Virus record (IMG/VR): IMGVR_UViG_3300023435_000659
Span: 4,060 to 68,059 of that record
Source: a virus
DNA: 64,000 bases
Reading direction: 5' to 3' (one strand)
In this document: one piece after another, positions 1 through 6,345 of the stretch
Position numbering within the stretch: position 1 is the first letter of the stretch
Layout: the number at the start of each line of letters is the position of its first letter
The notes under the pieces: model-generated
Told to the model about the DNA's origin: nothing
Database searches by the model: none
The model's input: the letters and a program-made list of their open reading frames with translations, nothing else
Translations under genes and position numbers: made by a program

Positions 1-92
1 GCATTTGCCTGCAAGCATAGTTCGTCTCCGTCCAACACCAATCCGTCAGCACGTTTTATTTTGGCCTTTAAGCCCTCTTGTTCATCGCTCAC
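1..92 (-). CDS. Hypothetical protein, truncated by window edge
   Basis: GTG overlapping the TGA of the 89..460 gene, GGAGG upstream; frame (MSDEQEGLKAKIKRADG...) open to base 1. Confidence 0.5.
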   Translation of the reverse strand, partial: MSDEQEGLKAKIKRADGLVLDGDELCLQAN

Positions 93-460
93 AACTCACC
101 TCCCGCCGCGTCTGCGGCAGTTTGTCCACGATGGCTTGCAGCCACTTTAGCATGAAACCATGAGCGAAACTTCACGTCGCAGTGCTCCCAATCGGCTGTT
201 GCCTCGTCACCACCCGCCTCTGCCTCAAAGAAGGATATGATGTGGTGCAACCGCTCGATTTCGTCGGCCTGTTTGATAACCATATTGAAAGCCCGACAAA
301 ACTCCTCATTGTTGCACCAATGGGTGTACGGCCACTTATGCGATGCAATCATTTTCTTCTGTCGGACGGCAAAGACTTCGCGGGCCTCACGGGTCGTCTC
401 TAGCGGCTCTCGGCACGATGCCGCGCGCCCTTCGAGCAATACTTTTTCTGTTATCTTCAT
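89..460 (-). CDS. Hypothetical phage protein (EIERL coiled-coil motif)
   Basis: ATGA coupling with upstream gene; GGAGG RBS; ends AAGGEL. Confidence 0.75.
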   Translation of the reverse strand: MKITEKVLLEGRAASCREPLETTREAREVFAVRQKKMIASHKWPYTHWCNNEEFCRAFNMVIKQADEIERLHHIISFFEAEAGGDEATADWEHCDVKFRSWFHAKVAASHRGQTAADAAGGEL

Positions 461-866
461 CGCTTCCCTCCCGTCGCGTTTGCGGCCACATGAAATATGT
501 GACTCACGCTAGTCACATAGTCTCCTGTATGGATCGCTTTCCTTGAGCAATCTACTATGTCCGCCATTGCAGCTTGCAATTCGTGAGCCTGATATAGTTC
601 GCACTGATAATAACTTTCCGGTGCCTCCCAGGCGGAATAGACGCTGGCCGGCACGTCTTCCCGGTTGCACTTTCCGACGGCGAAATGAAGCGCTTGCATG
701 GTTTTGTTTTCTGCTTGCAACCGCTCGATCTCACGACGAAGGCAATGCGGACAATCAGCCGCATGGGCCGTGTACGTTTGCACCCTGTTCGCACCCTTTT
801 CTATGTAGGACACCGTATGATTACATTCGCTGTCACGCATCACTCACCTCCCGCCGCTTGTGCGGC
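94..866 (-). repeat. Three copies of a gene-junction motif GCCGCAnnnGCGrCGGGAGG
   Basis: Copies at about 94-118, 462-486 and 842-866; ACTCACCTCCCGCCGC identical at 94-109 and 842-857. Confidence 0.8.
457..843 (-). CDS. Hypothetical phage protein (CxxC + EIERL motif)
   Basis: Coupled start/stop; GGAGGTG RBS; ends ATGGKR. Confidence 0.75.
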   Translation of the reverse strand: MMRDSECNHTVSYIEKGANRVQTYTAHAADCPHCLRREIERLQAENKTMQALHFAVGKCNREDVPASVYSAWEAPESYYQCELYQAHELQAAMADIVDCSRKAIHTGDYVTSVSHIFHVAANATGGKR

Positions 867-1244
867 TTGGTCGTCAAACAACCCGTCCGACAAATGGCAA
901 AGCGCGGAAATCGCCGGACGCGACGCCTCATAAATGCCAAGGCAAGCATCGCAATAGTCTCCACGGCACGGCCGGTGAATTTTCTCGGGTTGCCTTTCCG
1001 CTTGGAATCCCTGGACTTTTACACCGAGCAACGACTGGCTCATCTCGGTCGCCTCGGCCCCACATAATGCCCCGGTGTTTTGCAGTCCTATCCGTAGATG
1101 TATTTTCACGGCAGTGTATCCATTGCTTTTTCGAGTGGTGTTGGCACATACTCCGGTTCGATTTCCAGTGCGGTCTCTGTTTTGCCAAACAATAAGTCCA
1201 TTGTTTTCGCGAGTAGACTCATGGCAGTTCCTCCTGTGGCTCAC
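840..1244 (-). CDS. Hypothetical protein, start uncertain
   Basis: 3' end carries the shared AAGGE junction. A short alternative ORF from 1222 (MSLLAKTMDLLFG...) with an RBS occupies the 5' part. Confidence 0.45.
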   Translation of the reverse strand: MSHRRNCHESTRENNGLIVWQNRDRTGNRTGVCANTTRKSNGYTAVKIHLRIGLQNTGALCGAEATEMSQSLLGVKVQGFQAERQPEKIHRPCRGDYCDACLGIYEASRPAISALCHLSDGLFDDQAAQAAGGE

Positions 1245-1506
1245 TTAGCTTTTCGTAATTACGATCAACTTCTTCCAGGGTATCGGCCATCGCCGCGAAG
1301 GACTCGGCCATTGTGCGCGCGGCCACGGCATTGATGCCCATGCGGTAGGTAGACACGCATTCTGTTGGGTGGACGCCATTTAAGGAATCAAATGAATACG
1401 CCTTTTCCTCCAGCAGCAGGACTACCTCCGCCACCCCATACGATTTAATGTCGCCGCCCGGGTGCATGGACATCATGTTTGTAAGCATCGCCTTGACGTT
1501 TTTCAT
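1219..1506 (-). CDS. Hypothetical protein
   Basis: AAAGGA RBS before ATG at 1506 (MKNVKAML). Confidence 0.7.
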   Translation of the reverse strand: MKNVKAMLTNMMSMHPGGDIKSYGVAEVVLLLEEKAYSFDSLNGVHPTECVSTYRMGINAVAARTMAESFAAMADTLEEVDRNYEKLSEPQEELP

Positions 1507-1780
1507 GGCTTGTTCCTTTCGTTGGTCCTCGTAAAGAAGATAACTCCGCTGCCCGCTTGTTCCATACATCTATGTCGCAGTGGCGAAGATCATCTTGCGT
1601 ACCACCCCAGTGCCCGACTATAATTTCAAGCGGCCAGACTTCATACCAGCCCCACGACGTTCCATCTGTGGACACATGCCTATTTGTTTTGCGTTTGATT
1701 TGCATTACCCAATTCTGGGCATATTTGTTCTGCTTCCGCAATTGCTGTAAGTATCCAATGAACGTCTCTGGAGGGTTCAT
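1445..1780 (-). CDS. Hypothetical protein
   Basis: ATG 1780 just after upstream stop, GAGG upstream; C-terminus runs into the next gene through the 25-bp repeat. Confidence 0.6.
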   Translation of the reverse strand: MNPPETFIGYLQQLRKQNKYAQNWVMQIKRKTNRHVSTDGTSWGWYEVWPLEIIVGHWGGTQDDLRHCDIDVWNKRAAELSSLRGPTKGTSHEKRQGDAYKHDVHAPGRRH

Positions 1781-2207
1781 GTCGGGTTTAGTCCTCGTAA
1801 AGTAGCCGCACCCATAGCGAGGTTGTTTTGTTTTCGACAAGTCCCAGTGCCTTGCGGTTACGGAAAAGCATGCCTTCCATGCGGGTGTATAAATCACAAT
1901 TATCTCGCCGGGTTGATCGACCCCAAGTATATGAAGCGTCTTCTATCCTGGCAGTCTGCATGTGCGTTCGCACGTAAAGCCTCACGGCTTCCGGTTGCTC
2001 TTTTTGGGATGCCTCCAACCAGTACCGCTTTGCCGTTGGTATCTCGAAAAGGTCAGACAGAGAGTACCGTCCCTCGGCGCAGACAACTGCCGCTTCTGGA
2101 TCACTAGCAAGCGACAAAGTAACGGAATAGCGAAACTTCTTTCGTACTAACGCCGGCGATATTACGGCCATTGTTTCGGCTCCCTTTCGTTGGTCCTCGT
2201 AAAGAAG
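1515..2207. repeat. Perfect 25-bp direct repeat CCTTTCGTTGGTCCTCGTAAAGAAG (1515-1539, 2183-2207)
   Basis: Direct comparison; partial third copy at about 1790-1803. Confidence 0.9.
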
Positions 2208-2543
2208 GCGCACCCATAGCGCGGTTGTTTTGTTGTTGACAAGCCCCAGTGCCTTGCGGTGGTGGTGGAGTAGATTTCCCAGGGTAGGGTGCATGAGAGA
2301 CATAACCCGACGGGGCTTTCTGCCCCAGAAGTATGTACCCACATAAAACCTCACGGCTTCCGGCTGTTCTTTTCGGGACGCCTCTAGCCAATACCGCCTT
2401 GCGTCTGGTATCTCGAAAAACTCAGACAGGGAATGCTGCCCGTAAAGGCAGGCAACGGTGCCGTCCACGTCACTCGCTAATACCAGGGTTTCAAACCCAT
2501 TATGTTCTCTTTGCACCAGTGCCGGCGACGTTACGGAGACCAT
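1788..2543 (-). CDS. Tandemly duplicated hypothetical domain (two ~124-aa paralogs in frame; second start at 2171)
   Basis: Both halves share SPALV...FEIPxAxRYWLEASxKEQPEAVRxYV...RKALGLVxNKTTxLWVRLLYED; each has its own AAGG..CCGAAACAATGG start. Confidence 0.8.
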   Translation of the reverse strand: MVSVTSPALVQREHNGFETLVLASDVDGTVACLYGQHSLSEFFEIPDARRYWLEASRKEQPEAVRFYVGTYFWGRKPRRVMSLMHPTLGNLLHHHRKALGLVNNKTTALWVRLLYEDQRKGAETMAVISPALVRKKFRYSVTLSLASDPEAAVVCAEGRYSLSDLFEIPTAKRYWLEASQKEQPEAVRLYVRTHMQTARIEDASYTWGRSTRRDNCDLYTRMEGMLFRNRKALGLVENKTTSLWVRLLYED

Positions 2544-2643
2544 TGTTTCGGTTCCTTTTGGGGTTTCGGTTTTCGTTGGATTACCCAGCGAGTCCAGGCA
2601 ACTGTGAACAAGCCTGCCAAGGCGAACATTGCGATGTATTGAA

Positions 2644-2907
2644 TTACTTCGGGCATGGTTTTGCCTCTGGTTTAGGTAGCGGATGCCATCGCAACGGCAC
2701 ACGCTCGGTTGCGATGGCTTCGTCGGTAGTCCACTTTCCTCTGAACCACGTCAGGTCGCCGTAGCATTCGCACCATATCCAGCCATCAGCGTCGGCGTCG
2801 TAGATAAAGCTGCCAATAAACGGCCCATCCTCGTCCTCAAGGATGAGGACTTCATCCATGTTCACGTAGCTATCGCTGACTAATCGCCAGCCGGGATTAT
2901 TCGTCAT
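2644..2907 (-). CDS. DUF551-like phage protein
   Basis: N-terminal W, 'EVLIL', C-terminal WHPLPKP motif. Confidence 0.6.
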   Translation of the reverse strand: MTNNPGWRLVSDSYVNMDEVLILEDEDGPFIGSFIYDADADGWIWCECYGDLTWFRGKWTTDEAIATERVPLRWHPLPKPEAKPCPK

Positions 2908-3260
2908 GGTTTTGCCCTCGCAATTTCCGCTGCTTCCGTCGAACTGAAAACCATGTCCCAATCAGCGATGGCGATTTGACTGTTGTGCTGTAGGTGGAGA
3001 ACATGGCCGACAACACCGACGACGGGACCGTAAGTGTAAATGGCTTCTCCGCGAACGACATACACTGTCATCCCAGGCACGATCACTACGCCGTCCTTTG
3101 TGTGGCGAAACTTGGCGAGGTCTGCTTTTAGCCGGGCGATTTCGGCATCGCGTTCGCCGTACATTTCCTGTCCGCACGATTCACATAAGTTTTCGCCGAT
3201 TCCAATGTCCGGACCAACGAAACTACATTTACATTCACGACACGTTTGATGCTTAGTCAT
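2904..3260 (-). CDS. Hypothetical protein with N-terminal Zn finger (CxxC...CxxC)
   Basis: GGAGG RBS; CRECK...LCESC; AEIARL coiled coil. Confidence 0.7.
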   Translation of the reverse strand: MTKHQTCRECKCSFVGPDIGIGENLCESCGQEMYGERDAEIARLKADLAKFRHTKDGVVIVPGMTVYVVRGEAIYTYGPVVGVVGHVLHLQHNSQIAIADWDMVFSSTEAAEIARAKP

Positions 3261-3504
3261 CGTCTTCCTCCTTTCGCCCAATCGGAATGCTTATACCGAT
3301 ACGTTGCTTGACAATTTCTATCCCCGCGTCGGCCAGCGTCTTGGCAGCATACTCGCTGAGCGATCGGACAACGAAGCGACCCAGCGAATTGAAATACGCA
3401 ACCTCAACGCCGAGAATGCTGACAGTCGGATCGCCGGCGGCATCTCGATGCAGATCGAGTTCGATTGCCGGCTTGTCTTTTTCTAGTTTGTATTCAATTG
3501 ACAT
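3253..3504 (-). CDS. Hypothetical protein (distant paralog of 3669..3890)
   Basis: GAGG RBS; shared D..GD...I.G..VA...GR...TL..G..I...RI pattern. Confidence 0.65.
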   Translation of the reverse strand: MSIEYKLEKDKPAIELDLHRDAAGDPTVSILGVEVAYFNSLGRFVVRSLSEYAAKTLADAGIEIVKQRIGISIPIGRKEEDDD

Positions 3505-3664
3505 CGTCTTCGTCCTCTGGTTCGATTTCGTGATGGTCGTTCCACTCGTCAAATTCGCAGAACATTTGTCTTCCGCATTTCGGGCAGCGTTTCTCTGTCT
3601 CGGCACCGCGAAACTTTTCACGATAGTCGCACTCGCACTCGCACACCCAGTCCGCGCAGCTCAT
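3494..3664 (-). CDS. Small Cys-rich Zn-ribbon protein
   Basis: CECEC...CPKCG; acidic tail. Confidence 0.55.
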   Translation of the reverse strand: MSCADWVCECECDYREKFRGAETEKRCPKCGRQMFCEFDEWNDHHEIEPEDEDDVN

Positions 3665-3668
3665 CGTG

Positions 3669-3890
3669 TTATTCGTCGAGAGCAATTCGGCCTGTCCCGT
3701 CGATCTTGAGGCCAAGAGCCTCCAATGTCGCTATCTCCGAAACGGTCAAGTGCTGTCGCCACAGCCGGCCGTTGTCTCCAAACAACAGTGCAACTGTTAT
3801 CCCGTTGATTCTCCAGCGACCGTCGCCATCGGAATCAATATCCGTCGAAAGCACGGCCCGTGGCTCGGGCTCTGTAATCATGTCTGGCAT
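3669..3890 (-). CDS. Hypothetical protein
   Basis: GAGGAG RBS before ATG 3890. Confidence 0.65.
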   Translation of the reverse strand: MPDMITEPEPRAVLSTDIDSDGDGRWRINGITVALLFGDNGRLWRQHLTVSEIATLEALGLKIDGTGRIALDE

Positions 3891-3942
3891 GTCAGTTCTC
3901 CTCGTGTTCTCGCTGGGGTACATGGACATTCAGCGGGCGGTT

Positions 3943-4428
3943 TTACACGCCGCCGGTCATTACGCGGGAACGAATATCGACCAGTACGCTGGTGGCCGCA
4001 CTCGCCTCGCGACGGGCCACGCGGCCGATGGCCAGATGGCTGGTCGCCACCTTGCCGACCTGCTGGTCCAACAGCGGGCAGCCGTCGACTTCGTCCGGAC
4101 CGACTCCGACTAAATCGCCAAGCTCGAACGTGCCGCTCGGGCAATCGAACTCGAACACGCCGGTCGTGGCCACGCGGATCGGCGACGTGTCGCCGTCACG
4201 GCTCCGCTGCATGGCCACGCCCAGGAAGTTGTTGGCAAATCGCTCTTGCATCAATTTAGCAAAAGACATGTTACTGAATTCCCTATCGGGCCTGGGGATC
4301 ATCGACGCCGGCTTGGCATCATCCGCGTTCTGCCAGACCAGGTCGCTGATCTCGATTACCGTGGTCGAATCGTTTGCCGCCACCACCGGGTTCGTATCCC
4401 CGTATCGCCAACGCATCTTGTCGCTCAT
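3943..4428 (-). CDS. Capsid cement/decoration-like protein (DUF2190-like), misplaced in the early arm
   Basis: MSDKMRWRYGDTNPVV...FLGVAM...IRVATTGVFEF...GDLVG...AIGRV pattern typical of capsid cement proteins; AAGGAG RBS. Confidence 0.65.
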   Translation of the reverse strand: MSDKMRWRYGDTNPVVAANDSTTVIEISDLVWQNADDAKPASMIPRPDREFSNMSFAKLMQERFANNFLGVAMQRSRDGDTSPIRVATTGVFEFDCPSGTFELGDLVGVGPDEVDGCPLLDQQVGKVATSHLAIGRVARREASAATSVLVDIRSRVMTGGV

Positions 4429-4478
4429 TTTCAGTTCTCCTTGGTAAATGAAAACCCCGCCGCCGAATTGGCCGGGAA

Positions 4479-4655
4479 TTAGTCCTCAGTTAATTCTTTG
4501 TTGTGTCGTTTGCGAGTGCTTATTTTGTTACTGGTGGCACGAGGCACAGCCACGGAATTCTTGACGTTCCTTGCGTTACAAGAAAGGCAAAGGCGATTTC
4601 CTGGTCCGGTACTCTTGAATGGTTTTTGGCATCTAAGACAGTCGCGCATGGTCAT
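4479..4655 (-). CDS. 58-aa Zn-finger protein (not in the ORF track)
   Basis: MTMRDCLRCQKPFKSTGPGNRLCLSC...; fills the gap between co-oriented genes. Confidence 0.65.
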   Translation of the reverse strand: MTMRDCLRCQKPFKSTGPGNRLCLSCNARNVKNSVAVPRATSNKISTRKRHNKELTED

Positions 4656-4676
4656 GGCATCCGTTCCCTAATTGTT

Positions 4677-5063
4677 TCAATATAGCATTTCCTTGATTCG
4701 CTGCTGAAAATCACACCGGAACATTCCCGGTTCTTTCACGGTGTTTGGTACGGGCAGATCGCCATGTTTGGTCTGGGCGACGCTGTAGAGGTCCTCGGCG
4801 CCTTTGATTGGAATGTCTCGCCACTCGGCGGTTTCTTGTTCAGGGTGGATCCAGAGTTGCTGGAGGATGAGTTGCTGTTCCGGGCCCCATGGGAAATGGC
4901 TGGTGATATTCTCCCGTGGGTTTGCCTGCTCGATTACGGAAGCGGCAATGGCTTCTTCGCGAGCGGTGGATCGTGGGTTGTTGTAAATTACCCAGCGGAG
5001 CCGCATGGTGGGGATGGCACCATCAGGGTCAGCGATGAATTGAATGAATTGTTTGAATTTCAT
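4677..5063 (-). CDS. Hypothetical phage protein
   Basis: AAGGA RBS; LQQLW...EWRDIP motif seen in small phage proteins. Confidence 0.65.
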   Translation of the reverse strand: MKFKQFIQFIADPDGAIPTMRLRWVIYNNPRSTAREEAIAASVIEQANPRENITSHFPWGPEQQLILQQLWIHPEQETAEWRDIPIKGAEDLYSVAQTKHGDLPVPNTVKEPGMFRCDFQQRIKEMLY

Positions 5064-5064
5064 A

Positions 5065-5340
5065 TTATTCCTTTTTGTTGTGTTGTGCTTCATCCCGCTT
5101 CCGCGCGAACTCCTGTGAGAGATCGTGCTGGACCTGGATGTAGATTCGGTCATATTCTTCCTGGGTGATTATGCCTTTGTTGATTAGGAGGACGATGAGG
5201 GCACCGTAGGCAGTGGCGTGGGTTTGGTTAGCTTCGTTGAATTTGCTTCCGAGCAGTTGTATTTGCTGCTTGCTGGTAGCGGTGAGCTCATCCAAGACTT
5301 CTAAAATTTGTTTTATCAGTTGAATTCCTTCGTTGTTCAT
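5065..5340 (-). CDS. Hypothetical protein
   Basis: ATGA overlap with recombinase stop; LLINKGIITQEEY (SHOCT-like) motif. Confidence 0.65.
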   Translation of the reverse strand: MNNEGIQLIKQILEVLDELTATSKQQIQLLGSKFNEANQTHATAYGALIVLLINKGIITQEEYDRIYIQVQHDLSQEFARKRDEAQHNKKE

Positions 5341-5915
5341 TGCCACTCCCTTTTCTTCAATTTGCTATTCATCAAATCCGGCCGCAGCCGGTGCAAATAC
5401 CGAGACGTGGTTGACGTATGGACGTGGCCAAGTTGACTGGCGATGGTCGCCAAGTCGAACCCTTCTTCCAGCAGTTCGGACGCCGCGGTATGTCGTAGGC
5501 CGTGTAGGTGGCATCGACGATTGATACCGGCTTTCTCGCGAAGTCGAGCGATCTTGTGTCGGTAGTGGCTGGGATCGAGGTGGTTCCCGCGTGCTTGCTT
5601 GTTGGTGGCACAAAAGAACGGATTGTGGCCGTTAATTTCGAGCGACCTTCGACGTTCTGCCCAAGTCTTGAGGATATCCATAGCCCCGTCATCAAGCACG
5701 ACCGCACGGCCCTTCCCACCCTTATCGTTGTGGATGATGAGCATCTTCCGGTCCCAGTTGACGTCGGATGGGCGAATGTGCAAGGTGGCACTGATTCGCG
5801 TGCCGCCACGGTAGAGCGTTACGAATACGGCTTTGTCGCGGATGCCTGAAGTGGTGTTCGAGCAGGCTGCAAGTAGGGCCTTGGCTTCATCGCGCGAAAG
5901 TGGTTGAGGAAACAT
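5337..5915 (-). CDS. Tyrosine recombinase, catalytic domain only (192 aa)
   Basis: GTRISA (R), DKGGK (K), HGLRH (HxxR), QLGH, TTSRY (Y); no N-terminal core/arm-binding domain. Confidence 0.92.
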   Translation of the reverse strand: MFPQPLSRDEAKALLAACSNTTSGIRDKAVFVTLYRGGTRISATLHIRPSDVNWDRKMLIIHNDKGGKGRAVVLDDGAMDILKTWAERRRSLEINGHNPFFCATNKQARGNHLDPSHYRHKIARLREKAGINRRCHLHGLRHTAASELLEEGFDLATIASQLGHVHTSTTSRYLHRLRPDLMNSKLKKREWQ

Positions 5916-5952
5916 AATCCAGTGCCTTTCTGGTGCCTAGAGTGAAAAAGAG

Positions 5953-6010
5953 GTCGCGCGGCGGGCCGCTAGGCTGGCGGTGTTCGGTGGCTACACCTAC
6001 GCCGCACGAC
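5953..6010 (-). ncRNA. C4-antisense-like three-way-junction RNA in the recombinase leader
   Basis: 11-bp outer stem GUCGUGCGGCG/CGCCGCGCGAC enclosing GGUGU/ACACC and GCC/GGC hairpins; loop GCCUAG complementary to CUAGGC (5935-5940) near the RBS. Confidence 0.55.
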
Positions 6011-6046
6011 GTTTGAGGCTGAGGCCCCGTCTTTCTACATTTCGGC

Positions 6047-6075
6047 ATTCTATGTTCCATCTCAATTCATGTCAA
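6047..6075 (-). promoter_or_regulatory. Leftward sigma70 promoter
   Basis: TTGACA-17 bp-TAGAAT on the minus strand. Confidence 0.8.
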
Positions 6076-6082
6076 TATCGTC

Positions 6083-6111
6083 TTGACCATAATTGCGAGA
6101 AGTGCTAGAAT
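6083..6111 (+). promoter_or_regulatory. Rightward sigma70 promoter (leaderless xre mRNA)
   Basis: TTGACC-17 bp-TAGAAT; ATG 6 nt downstream; GTCAA-N7-TTGAC palindrome (6071-6087) spans both -35 boxes. Confidence 0.75.
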
Positions 6112-6117
6112 TCTGAC

Positions 6118-6339
6118 ATGAACACACAAAATGTTATGGTGAATGTCCGCGCGCTGGCCAAGAAATCCGGTCTCACCCAGCAGGTAATTGGCGAGCGAAT
6201 GGGCTATCCTGTAAAATCGGCCCGAAAATCGGTCTCGCAATTCCTCAAGGGTGGTAATCCGACACTCAACGTGATTGTAAAATTCGCTGAGGCGATGGAG
6301 ACAAACGTGGAATCCCTGCTCTCACCGAAAATGAATTGA
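6118..6339 (+). CDS. XRE/Cro-CI family HTH regulator
   Basis: GLTQQVIGERMG...VSQFLKG.NPTL..IVKFAEAM pattern. Confidence 0.88.
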   Translation: MNTQNVMVNVRALAKKSGLTQQVIGERMGYPVKSARKSVSQFLKGGNPTLNVIVKFAEAMETNVESLLSPKMN

Positions 6340-6345
6340 GTAACG

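Noticed and set aside
5337-5915. Prophage integrase with an att site or boundary
   Set aside because: Phage genes continue on both sides, no att core could be identified, and the enzyme lacks arm-binding domains.
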